Positions 16,609 to 26,000 of a stretch of 32,000 nt of DNA are shown here, one piece after another. The position numbers and the translations under genes were made by a program. This DNA comes from Flavobacteriaceae bacterium. Lineage in GTDB: Bacteria > Bacteroidota > Bacteroidia > Flavobacteriales > Flavobacteriaceae. Numbering within the stretch: position 1 is the stretch's first letter; each line of letters opens with the position of its first letter. The stretch covers positions 1,320,001 to 1,352,000 of the forward strand of contig OZ245049.1 of NCBI GenBank assembly GCA_965224465.1, given 5' to 3'. The notes beneath the pieces are model-generated. The model saw only the letters and a list, made by a program, of their open reading frames with translations. It did not search any database and was not told the origin of the DNA.

Positions 16609-17700
16609 ATGATACTAGACCACCTAAAATCAATATTCAGTAATTTTGACAATTCAGATGCATTAGTTTCTTATAAGGAATTAGCCTCTGGTCATATTAA
16701 TGACACCTATTTAATAGAAACAAAAAGCGGTATTTCTTATGTTTTACAACGTATAAATCATGGTGTCTTTAAAGATGTTCCAGGATTGATATCTAATAAA
16801 ATAAACATCAGCAAGCACTTATTAAAAAAATTAGCGCACTTACCTCAAGAAGAATTAAAACGCCGCGTATTATCATTTTTACCAACAGTTACAGGCGCTT
16901 ATTATCATTTAGATACCGAAAAAAACTATTGGAATGTTATGATTTTTATTCATGATAGCATTACTTACGAGACCGTAGACAACGAAGAGGTAGCTTTTGA
17001 AGGAGGAAAATTAATTGGTAATTTCTTAAATCTAACAGATGATTTTGACGCTTCTGTACTGACAGAGGTAATTCCTAAATTTCATGACATGTCTTTCCGT
17101 TTCGAGCAGTTTAACGATGCTTTACAAAATGCATCCGAAGAACGTATATCTCAAGCGCAAAAATATATTGACATTGTAGATCATTTGAAAGAAGAAATGC
17201 ACATTATTCAATATCTAAAAGAAGCAGGAAAGATTAAAATGCGTGTGACTCATAACGACACTAAAATTTCCAATATTCTTTTTGATGCCAATAACAAAGG
17301 ACTTTGCGTAATTGATACAGATACTGTAATGCCAGGAATTGTCCATTATGATTTTGGAGATGCTATCCGTACGATCTGTAATACTGCCAATGAAGACGAA
17401 CAAAATTTAGACTTGGTCAACTTTAATATTTCATATTACAAGGCATACGTCAAAGGCTTTTTAGGAGAAACCAAAAACGCACTATCACAAACAGAAATAG
17501 ATCATTTACCGTTAGGAGCAAAAACCATGATTTTTATTATGGCATTAAGATTCCTTACAGACTTTTTAAACAATGATGTATACTATAAAACCAAGTATGC
17601 AATGCACAATTTAGATCGCGCAAAAAATCAGTTTAAATTGATAGAAAGTTTAACCCAACAATATGATGCCATGACGATCAGCTCGTTTATGGACAATTAA
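16609..17700 (+). CDS. APH/protein-kinase-fold sugar kinase, NahK/AmgK-like (candidate N-acetylhexosamine anomeric 1-kinase)
   Basis: 363 aa. Starts 1 nt after the upstream stop codon. Catalytic loop 'VTHNDTKISNILFD' (HxDxxxxN) and metal-binding 'VIDTDTVMPG..HYDFGDAIR'. Operon context is a nucleotidyltransferase, a GlcNAc-type permease and NagB. Confidence 0.7.
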   Translation: MILDHLKSIFSNFDNSDALVSYKELASGHINDTYLIETKSGISYVLQRINHGVFKDVPGLISNKINISKHLLKKLAHLPQEELKRRVLSFLPTVTGAYYHLDTEKNYWNVMIFIHDSITYETVDNEEVAFEGGKLIGNFLNLTDDFDASVLTEVIPKFHDMSFRFEQFNDALQNASEERISQAQKYIDIVDHLKEEMHIIQYLKEAGKIKMRVTHNDTKISNILFDANNKGLCVIDTDTVMPGIVHYDFGDAIRTICNTANEDEQNLDLVNFNISYYKAYVKGFLGETKNALSQTEIDHLPLGAKTMIFIMALRFLTDFLNNDVYYKTKYAMHNLDRAKNQFKLIESLTQQYDAMTISSFMDN

Positions 17701-17716
17701 CAAAACCAACTTAATT

Positions 17717-19054
17717 ATGTCTACAGAAATTAATAGCCCAACGGGCAAAAACAACACACTTGTACCCATACTTATCATTGCAGGTTTATTCTTTATTTTT
17801 GGGTTTGTAACTTGGATTAACGGCGCTTTAATTCCGTTTATGAAAACCATCAACGAATTGACAGATGCACAATCTTATTTAGTTGCATCGGCTTCATATA
17901 TATCATTTGTTGTAATGGCCTTACCTGCATCCTATATCCTTGGAAAAATTGGATATAGAAAAGGGATGTCCTTAGGTTTATTTATTATGGCCATCGGAGC
18001 CTTAGTCTTTATTCCTGCGGCAGAAGCTAGAACGTACTGGTTATTTTTAACAGGAATATTTATTCAAGGAGTAGGAATGACAATCTTGCAAACAGCCTCT
18101 AACCCATACATCACCATTTTAGGCCCTATGGAGAGTGCTGCCAAACGAATTGCCATTATGGGAATTGCCAACAAAGTAGCAGGCGCTTTAGGATCGTTAA
18201 TCTTTGGAGCTATTTTATTAGCTGGAATAGATGGTGTTAAAGAAAAATTAGCCACCGTATCTGCCAGTGAAAAAGAAGTTCTATTGGACGGTATGGCAGA
18301 CAGTGTATTTACACCTTATTTAATAATGGCGGCCGTTTTATTTGTACTTGCCTTACTGATCAGAAAAGCACCATTACCACATGTTGAAGCTGCAATAACA
18401 GAGGACGAAACTGACGGAAAATCTTCTAAGAAAAGCATTTTTCAATTCCCTCATTTATGGTTAGGAGTATTGACATTATTTGTATATGTAGGTGCAGAAG
18501 TAATTGCAGGAGACACCATTATCTCCTATGGAATATCTCTAGGGTTTTCAGCAGAAGACGCCAAGTTCTTTACCACTTTCACATTGATGGCAATGGTAGC
18601 AACCTACGCCGTAGGGGTGTTTTTAATACCCAAATACATCAAACAAAAAACAGCCTTACAAATAAGTGCTTCACTCGGAATTATATGCAGTGTATGTATC
18701 CTATTAACCACAGGAATTACCTCTATTATATTTGTAGCTGCCTTAGGTATGGCAAATGCTTTGGTTTGGCCTGCAGTTTGGCCTTTGACATTAGAAGGAC
18801 TTGGAAAACACACAAAAACAGCCTCTGCCTTATTGGTAATGGCAATTTCTGGGGGCGCTATTATCCCTCCTTTATATGGAAGATTGGTAGATGCGGGAAA
18901 AGAAACCCTTATTGCATCAGGAGTCGACCATACAGAAGCCTTATCTAGTGCAGCAACCAGTAGCTATTGGATTTTAATACCATGCTATGCATTGATACTT
19001 TTCTTTGCGCTTTGGGGGCATAAAATGACTAATTGGACTAAAAAAATCAACTAA
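17717..19054 (+). CDS. MFS sugar:H+ symporter of the FucP/GluP/NagP family (candidate N-acetylglucosamine permease)
   Basis: 445 aa with 12 TM segments. The N-terminal 'FFIFGFVTWINGALIPFMK' block is typical of glucose/galactose/fucose-type MFS permeases. Sits next to nagB. Confidence 0.85.
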   Translation: MSTEINSPTGKNNTLVPILIIAGLFFIFGFVTWINGALIPFMKTINELTDAQSYLVASASYISFVVMALPASYILGKIGYRKGMSLGLFIMAIGALVFIPAAEARTYWLFLTGIFIQGVGMTILQTASNPYITILGPMESAAKRIAIMGIANKVAGALGSLIFGAILLAGIDGVKEKLATVSASEKEVLLDGMADSVFTPYLIMAAVLFVLALLIRKAPLPHVEAAITEDETDGKSSKKSIFQFPHLWLGVLTLFVYVGAEVIAGDTIISYGISLGFSAEDAKFFTTFTLMAMVATYAVGVFLIPKYIKQKTALQISASLGIICSVCILLTTGITSIIFVAALGMANALVWPAVWPLTLEGLGKHTKTASALLVMAISGGAIIPPLYGRLVDAGKETLIASGVDHTEALSSAATSSYWILIPCYALILFFALWGHKMTNWTKKIN

Positions 19055-19077
19055 AACTACTAATAAATTTTAATATC

Positions 19078-21006
19078 ATGTTAAAAAGTAACATCGATCC
19101 GTCTACCGATTTCGAACAACGATTTGAAAATATAGACACCGTAATTTTCGAAAATTCTGACAAGGCATCAAAAGCTGTCGCGAAAGAAATAGCCGATTTA
19201 ATACGTGTTAAACAAACACAAAAACAAGCCTGTATTTTAGGGTTAGCCACAGGGTCTTCTCCCAAAGGCTTGTATCAAGAATTGGTACGCCTGCACAAAG
19301 AAGAGGGATTGAGTTTTAAAAACGTTATCACCTTTAACTTGGACGAATACTATCCTATGGAGCCAGACTCTATAAATAGTTACGTACGATTTATGAAAAG
19401 CTTGCTCTTTGATCACGTAGATATCTTACCAGAAAACTACAACATTCCAGATGGAACATTGGCTAAATCAGAAATTGCTGATTACTGTGCAGCTTATGAA
19501 AGTAAAATTGAAGCATTAGGAGGCTTGGATATCCAAGTACTAGGAATTGGAGGAAACGGACATATTGGTTTCAATGAGTCTGGTTCTTTACAAAACTCAA
19601 AAACAAGATTGGTTGCCCTAGATCATATTACTAGAGTAGCAGCCAGTAATGATTTCTCTGGTTTAAACAACACCCCTAGAACTGCCATCACCCTAGGAGT
19701 TAAAAAAATAATGGAAGCCAAACGAGTGATTTTAATGGCATGGGGAGAAGGAAAATCTAATATTATCAACACCTCTGTAGAAGGACCTGTTACCAATCAA
19801 GTACCAGCATCATTTCTTCAAGAACATGACAATGTAGTTTTTGTAATAGACAAAGAAGCTTCCTCTAAATTGACCAGGATCAATACACCTTGGTTGGTAG
19901 AGAATGTAGCATGGACAGATACCTTAATTAGAAAAGCGGTATTAGGATTGGCTTTAAAAATTAAAAAACCAATTTTAATGTTGACCGATGCTGATTATAT
20001 CGAAAATGGTATGAGTGATTTGTTGGCTGATAAAGGCCCTGCATATGACATCAACATTCAAATCTTTAATAAACTCCAAAATACAATTACAGGTTGGCCT
20101 GGTGGAAAACCAAAAGCCGATGACAGCAGACGTCCTGAACGTGCAGAACCTACTAAAAAAAGAGTGCTTATTTTTAGCCCACATCCAGATGATGATATCA
20201 TTAGTATGGGAGGTACTTTTAAACGCTTACAAGAACAAGGACATGAAGTACATGTAGCCTATCAAACTTCTGGAAATATTGCTGTAGCCGATGCTGAAGC
20301 CTTACGTTTCGCGAATTTTGTTTGTGATTACAACGATAAATTTGGCATTACAAATATTGAAGCAGAAGACATACACGACAAAGCCACTGTGTTTTTAAAA
20401 AACAAGAAAAACAGTGATATTGATACTCCTGAAGTTAGAAGCATCAAAGGACTTATTAGAAAAGGAGAAGCAAGAGCTACCAGTCATTTTATTGGATTGA
20501 CTGATGATAACATCCATTTTATGGAATTGCCTTTCTATGAAACAGGACGTATTGAAAAAGACGAAGTTGGAGAAAAAGACATTCAATTAACCATGGATTT
20601 AATAGATCAAATAAAGCCTCACCAAATTTATGCGGCTGGAGATTTAGCAGATCCACATGGGACTCATAAAGTATGTTTAGACGCTATTTTTGAAGCTGTA
20701 AAACGCTTAAAAAACAAAACATACATGAAAGATTGTTGGGTTTGGTTATACCGTGGAGCATGGCAAGAATGGGGTATCGACGAAATAGAAATGGCTGTAC
20801 CAATGGGACCAGACCAAGTATTAGAAAAAAGACATGGTATTTTTAAACATCAATCTCAAAAAGATGGTGTGGTATTCCTAGGAGCTGATAGTCGTGAATT
20901 TTGGCAACGTGCCGAAGTACGTAATAAAGAAACTGCAGATTTATATGACCAATTAGGAATGGCACATTATGCAGCTATGGAAGCCTTCGTAAGATGGAAG
21001 TACTAA
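19078..21006 (+). CDS. nagB: Long-form glucosamine-6-phosphate deaminase (NagB domain fused to a C-terminal LmbE/PIG-L-like deacetylase domain)
   Basis: 642 aa. NagB blocks: 'LGLATGSSPKGLY', 'TFNLDEY', 'LGIGGNGHIGFNESGS'. C-terminal half: 'RVLIFSPHPDDDIISMGGT' (PIG-L PHPDD motif) and 'DPHGTHK'. Confidence 0.9.
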   Translation: MLKSNIDPSTDFEQRFENIDTVIFENSDKASKAVAKEIADLIRVKQTQKQACILGLATGSSPKGLYQELVRLHKEEGLSFKNVITFNLDEYYPMEPDSINSYVRFMKSLLFDHVDILPENYNIPDGTLAKSEIADYCAAYESKIEALGGLDIQVLGIGGNGHIGFNESGSLQNSKTRLVALDHITRVAASNDFSGLNNTPRTAITLGVKKIMEAKRVILMAWGEGKSNIINTSVEGPVTNQVPASFLQEHDNVVFVIDKEASSKLTRINTPWLVENVAWTDTLIRKAVLGLALKIKKPILMLTDADYIENGMSDLLADKGPAYDINIQIFNKLQNTITGWPGGKPKADDSRRPERAEPTKKRVLIFSPHPDDDIISMGGTFKRLQEQGHEVHVAYQTSGNIAVADAEALRFANFVCDYNDKFGITNIEAEDIHDKATVFLKNKKNSDIDTPEVRSIKGLIRKGEARATSHFIGLTDDNIHFMELPFYETGRIEKDEVGEKDIQLTMDLIDQIKPHQIYAAGDLADPHGTHKVCLDAIFEAVKRLKNKTYMKDCWVWLYRGAWQEWGIDEIEMAVPMGPDQVLEKRHGIFKHQSQKDGVVFLGADSREFWQRAEVRNKETADLYDQLGMAHYAAMEAFVRWKY

Positions 21007-21034
21007 TTAAATAAAAATCTAAAATAGTAATCTA

Positions 21035-21379
21035 ATGATGACAAAAATAAATGATGTACTTATAGAGGAGGCTTCTATCACTTTTACAAAACCATATCAT
21101 AAAATCGAATATAGTTTTAAGAAATTAGATGCACTACATGCCACTACATATTTGAATCATGTTGCGGGAAATTTTGCCGTGCATTTTAAAGTAGAAACCG
21201 CTTCAAATTTAAAGGTTTATTATCCCAATGGATGGTTTGACCTTACATTGAATAAAAATAAACAGCATCATTTTTGCATCGAATTACATATATATGACAA
21301 AACATTAATTGAAGGAAAACAAACCCTTCAATTATTAGAGAACATACATCAACAACTATTAATCTATAGTAATAATTGA
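21035..21379 (+). CDS. Hypothetical protein (114 aa), last gene of the HexNAc operon
   Basis: Starts 28 nt after nagB on the same strand and is followed by a strong terminator. No recognisable motif. Confidence 0.4.
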   Translation: MMTKINDVLIEEASITFTKPYHKIEYSFKKLDALHATTYLNHVAGNFAVHFKVETASNLKVYYPNGWFDLTLNKNKQHHFCIELHIYDKTLIEGKQTLQLLENIHQQLLIYSNN

Positions 21380-21426
21380 GGTACTGAAATCTTTTATCAT
21401 CTATTGTAAACATACTATTATCATAC

Positions 21427-21456
21427 AAAACGGAGCGCCAAAAGCGCTCCGTTTTT
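21427..21456. terminator. Bidirectional rho-independent terminator between convergent operons
   Basis: AAAACGGAGCGC-caaaa-GCGCTCCGTTTTT: a GC-rich 8-bp core stem flanked by an A-run and a T-run. Confidence 0.85.
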
Positions 21457-21483
21457 CAATCTTAAATAAAAATTATATTGGTA

Positions 21484-23031
21484 TTAATCAATATTAGAAT
21501 TTGCATTAACTTCGCTTAATGGTACAGGATAATAAGAATGATTTCCTGCACTAAAACCAGTTCTACCAGCTGCTTGCATAGCAGTATCTAACAATCCCCA
21601 TCTACGTAAATCATAAAACCGAGAAGATTCTAGGGTAAACTCCATCGTACGTTCGTGCATTAATTGTTTTTTCACATCCTCGGTACTTGTTACTGTAATC
21701 CCAGGCATATTTCCATGTACAGCACGTACATTGTTGATTATAGCAATGGCTTCAGAAGTAGCTCCTGTTTCATTCAATGCTTCTGCACACATTAACAATA
21801 CATCTGCATAGCGCATCAAAACAACATTTAAACCATTAGACCCCGTATTCGAAACGTAGTTAGGTAAGAATTTTCTAAAGTACACAGCATCATTTTTTGC
21901 ATCTGCACTGTCATAGGCTAAAATCATTAATTCATCCCAATTAGAACCTTGCATGCGATTATCAGTATTGTAATATTCATCTTTAAAATACAAACTCCCA
22001 TATAACCGTGCATCATATAAACCATCACTCGCTATTTTTCCTTCTAATTTCATAGCTGTTAGCAAAGCAGGCGTACCTTCGATACCTCCCCAACCACCAA
22101 TGGATGGATCTCCAATAAAGGCATGCAACCACGTACGGTTATTAGAATTATCATCTTTAGTTTTAAACTGTAATTCAAAAACAGACTCGCTATTGTTTTC
22201 ATTTTCTCCATTAAAATTAGAAACAAAATCAGCTTCTAAACTATAGATTCCAAGAGCAATCACTTTTTTAAATGCATCCGCAGCATTCGTATAATCATCG
22301 CTATCAGAAGAAGATGAATCTCCTGCCTTATGCATGTATACTTTTCCTAAAAAAGCTAAGGCTGCACCTTTATTAGCACGTCCTATATTCTCGCTAGTAT
22401 TACTAATTGGAAGCATTTCTGCAGCTGCTTTAAAATCTGCGATAATAACCGCATAAGACTCACTACGAGAAGACAAAGATGGCTCTAAGGTTTCATCAGA
22501 AATAGGTCCTGTACGTAAAATTATTTGCTCATAAATAGTTAACAATTTAAAGTGATAATACGCTCTTAAAAAAGTAGCCTCCCCTATAATTTGTTTTTTT
22601 CTCTCAGAAGAAACCTGTTCCTCTGACATCTCTCCTACTTTGGCAATAACTTGATTGGTATAATTCAAGCCTTTATAATTGGTTCTCCATAATATATTTA
22701 CAAAGGTATGCCCATTGGTATAGGTGAAATTAAAAATAGACATCCAGTGGGGATAGTTACTACCATCAACTCCAGGAAGAGAATAATCCGACCTGTACCA
22801 TTCCGTAATTGGTCGTCCTTCTTGCCAACCACTCCAAAAATTACTTCTAGATTCTAGTTCAGAATACGCAGCAGTAAGCCCAGCATTCGCATCTGTTTCG
22901 TTTCTCCAAAACTCAGTAGAAACAAGTTTATCAGGTGATTTTTGTGTCAAAAATTCATCGTCATCGCATCCAATAAAGGCAAATACGAAAAGCGACATTA
23001 TAAGTATTTTTATATTTTTCATCATTTTCAT
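21484..23031 (-). CDS. susD: SusD/RagB-family nutrient-binding lipoprotein
   Basis: 515 aa. Lipobox 'FAFIGC'. 'GEATFLRAYYHFKLLTIY', 'RYADVLLMCAEALNE', 'ERTMEFTLESSRFYDLRRWG'. Lies immediately downstream of susC. Confidence 0.9.
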   Translation of the reverse strand: MKMMKNIKILIMSLFVFAFIGCDDDEFLTQKSPDKLVSTEFWRNETDANAGLTAAYSELESRSNFWSGWQEGRPITEWYRSDYSLPGVDGSNYPHWMSIFNFTYTNGHTFVNILWRTNYKGLNYTNQVIAKVGEMSEEQVSSERKKQIIGEATFLRAYYHFKLLTIYEQIILRTGPISDETLEPSLSSRSESYAVIIADFKAAAEMLPISNTSENIGRANKGAALAFLGKVYMHKAGDSSSSDSDDYTNAADAFKKVIALGIYSLEADFVSNFNGENENNSESVFELQFKTKDDNSNNRTWLHAFIGDPSIGGWGGIEGTPALLTAMKLEGKIASDGLYDARLYGSLYFKDEYYNTDNRMQGSNWDELMILAYDSADAKNDAVYFRKFLPNYVSNTGSNGLNVVLMRYADVLLMCAEALNETGATSEAIAIINNVRAVHGNMPGITVTSTEDVKKQLMHERTMEFTLESSRFYDLRRWGLLDTAMQAAGRTGFSAGNHSYYPVPLSEVNANSNID

Positions 23032-23037
23032 TTTATA

Positions 23038-26000
23038 TTAGAACTGTAATTGAACTCCCATGATCAAAGATTTGTACTTTGGGTACAAAACTCTATCCAC
23101 TCCAAAATTTAAAATAGAACCAGCTACCTCAGGATCTAGCCCTGGATAGTTTGTAATAGTAAATAAGTTTTGTCCACTTACATACAATCTAACCTTGTCT
23201 ATTTGTAATTTTTCTAGTACAGTGTCTGGAAGTGTATACCCTAACTGAATGGTTTTAATTCTCAAATAATCTCCTTTGTGCAAGAATCGTGTAGAAGCGC
23301 GATTGTTCTGGTTTTTATCACCAAAAACAGCTCTAGGAATATTTGTATTCGTATTCTCTGGAGTCCACGCATTTAATGCATCCGAACTGAAGTTTCTATT
23401 TGCATCCATTCCCATCAATTCATAAGCATTCCCGTCATAAATTTTGTTTCCACCAACTCCTTGTAGGAATATAGTCATATCAAAATTCTTATAATCTCCA
23501 GATAAATTCAAACTGTATTCGAATTTAGCCATTCCAGTTCCTGCATTTATTTCGTCATCTTCATCAATTTTTCCATCTCCATTTCTATCTTTAAAACGCA
23601 TATCTCCAGGCTTCGCATCTTTTTGAATTAACTTCCCATCTACACTATGAGCATCAATTTCTGCCTGATTTTGAAAAATACCATCCGATTCTACTAAAAA
23701 GTAGGCACCTGCTTCGTTTCCAACTTTTGTACGGTTAACAATATGATCTATTCCAAATTTCAAACCTTTACCATTAATAACTTGATTGTTATTTGCCAAT
23801 TTTGTTACTTCATTATTATTGGTTGAAAATGTTCCCCCTATTGCGTAATTAAATTCGTTTACACTATTTCTATAGTTAAGGTCTAACTCAATTCCTGAAT
23901 TTTTAAACTCACCTACATTAACAGTAGGCACATTCACTCCAAGTGATGGAGAAAATTCTTTTTTAAATAACAAATCAGAGGTCAAACTCTCATAATAATT
24001 TAAAGATCCTTTTAATTTATGATCCAACATTGCAAAATCAACACCTAGATTACTAGAAGTATTGGTTTCCCATTTCAAATTATCATTCTGTAATTCTTTA
24101 GAAGTACTTCCTTGATGAGAAGTTTGTGGATCACCAAACACATAACCACCATTCCAATAATTTTTACCAGAACTAATACCTGCAGTATAATAATAGTTAT
24201 CTAATGAAGAATCGTTCCCTGCTTGTCCCCATGAGGCTCTTATTTTTAAGAAATCAAATACCTCTTGATCTTGCATAAATTCTTCTTCTGTAATTTTCCA
24301 TCCAATAGCAAAAGAAGTAAACGTTCCATATCTATTGTTTTTTCCAAATTTTGAACTACCATCCCTACGAATACTCGCTTGAAACAAATAGGTATTTGCA
24401 AATGAATAATTAAGACGACCAAACTGAGATGCCAATGTATATTTATAATTAGATCCATCAGATTTTCTTGTTCCATCGCTAAATGCATCCAATGTTTTAA
24501 AATCAGCTTGTAAAATATCAGCCAGTACTTTTTTACCCTTTACAAGTTTAGAACCTTCTCCAGTAGCATTGGTCCAATTAGAAGTCTCCGTAATTCTAGA
24601 ATACCCTGCTAATACATCAAAACTGTGTTTCCCGAATTCTTTCTTATAATTCAAAATACCTTCCATGGTACTTCTTCTAAAATTTGAATTATAAATTCCT
24701 ATCTGAGCATATTTATCTTGATCATACTTAATACGTCTGATCGTAAAAGGCTTGTTAAAATTGAAGGTGTACTTTCCTGTGTTGGATATTGCCAAATTGG
24801 AACTAACTGTTAAGCCATCAATTATTTTATATGCTAAAGTAGTTTTAGCATGGAAATACTTTAGTTTTGTATATCCTTCTAAAAAATGATCAAAAGCAAC
24901 AGGATTCATATGATCTGGTAAATCTGGGGTACTATAACCAAATCCATCCTTTCTATTCTGATCATAAATAGGAATTAATGGTGAAATATGATACGCTTCC
25001 TTAAGGCTAAACTTAAATCCTTCTTTTTTAGTTTCTGCATACGTTAAATTATTACGCATTGAAAAATTACCTTTGGTAATACCTAGGTTTATTCCTAAGG
25101 TTTTCTTTTTAAAATCAGAACCTAAAATAATCCCTTCCTCTTTCGCAGAACTACCATTTACACTATAATCAACAAACTCACTAGCTCCACTCACCCGAAC
25201 ACTATGATTGGTCTGAATAGCATCGCTAAAAATAGCATCCATCCAATTCGTGTTTACATTAGGTGTATTGGTCATATAAGTCAATAATGGTTTTCCAGCA
25301 TTCTCATACATTTGTTTATGTACTTTTGCATACCCTGGACCATCTAACAAGTCATAGGTTTGACGCGCTGAATTAAAACTAACATAAGAATCAAAAGACA
25401 CTTTTGGTTTTCCACTTTTTCCTTTTTTAGTAGTGATTATAACCACTCCATTTGCAGCTCTTGTTCCGTAAATAGCAGCAGAAGAAACATCTTTTAATAC
25501 TTCAATAGAAGCAATATTATTGGGATCTATATAATACGAAGAAGCCTGTACTCCATCAATAATATACAAAGGTTCGTTGTTCCCATACGTTCCTGCACCA
25601 CGAATCTTGATATCTACACCAGAACCAGGAGATCCGGAAGACTTAGTTACTGTTAATCCAGCAACTCTTCCTTGTAATGCCTCCGTAGCATTTACACTTG
25701 CAACCTTAGTCAATTCGTCCGCTTTTACTTGACCAACTGCCCCGGTAACATCGCTTTTCTTTTGAGTCCCGTAACCAACGACAACTACTTCTTCCAAGCT
25801 CTCACTGTCCTCTTGTAATTGAACATTTAATGTTGTTTGTCCTCCAACTCGGACTGTTTTTGATAAAAAACCAACATAACTAAAATTAAGAGAAGCATCT
25901 GACGCAACAGTAATTGAAAAATGACCATCAAAATCTGTGCTTGTTCCATTTTGAGTATTCGTCTCTATAATAGTTACTCCCATTAATGGAGCTCCATCTT

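Noticed and set aside
18457-18948. 163-aa plus-strand ORF in another frame inside the MFS permease gene, plus the other short internal or antisense track ORFs (929..1162, 3086..3268, 3971..4336, 4239..4448, 5048..5248, 5989..6210, 6269..6454, 8678..8887, 9978..10196, 10236..10511, 10998..11267, 11731..12060, 13253..13480, 14335..14535, 16157..16357, 17215..17403, 17650..17853, 18064..18255, 18604..18813, 19047..19265, 19975..20184, 20015..20257, 20395..20586, 21243..21428, 24246..24488, 27778..28005, 28717..28953, 29522..29707, 31483..31665)
   Set aside because: All are nested in or antisense to longer ORFs that have clear family motifs. Their products are Cys/Arg-rich or low-complexity with no recognisable domains.
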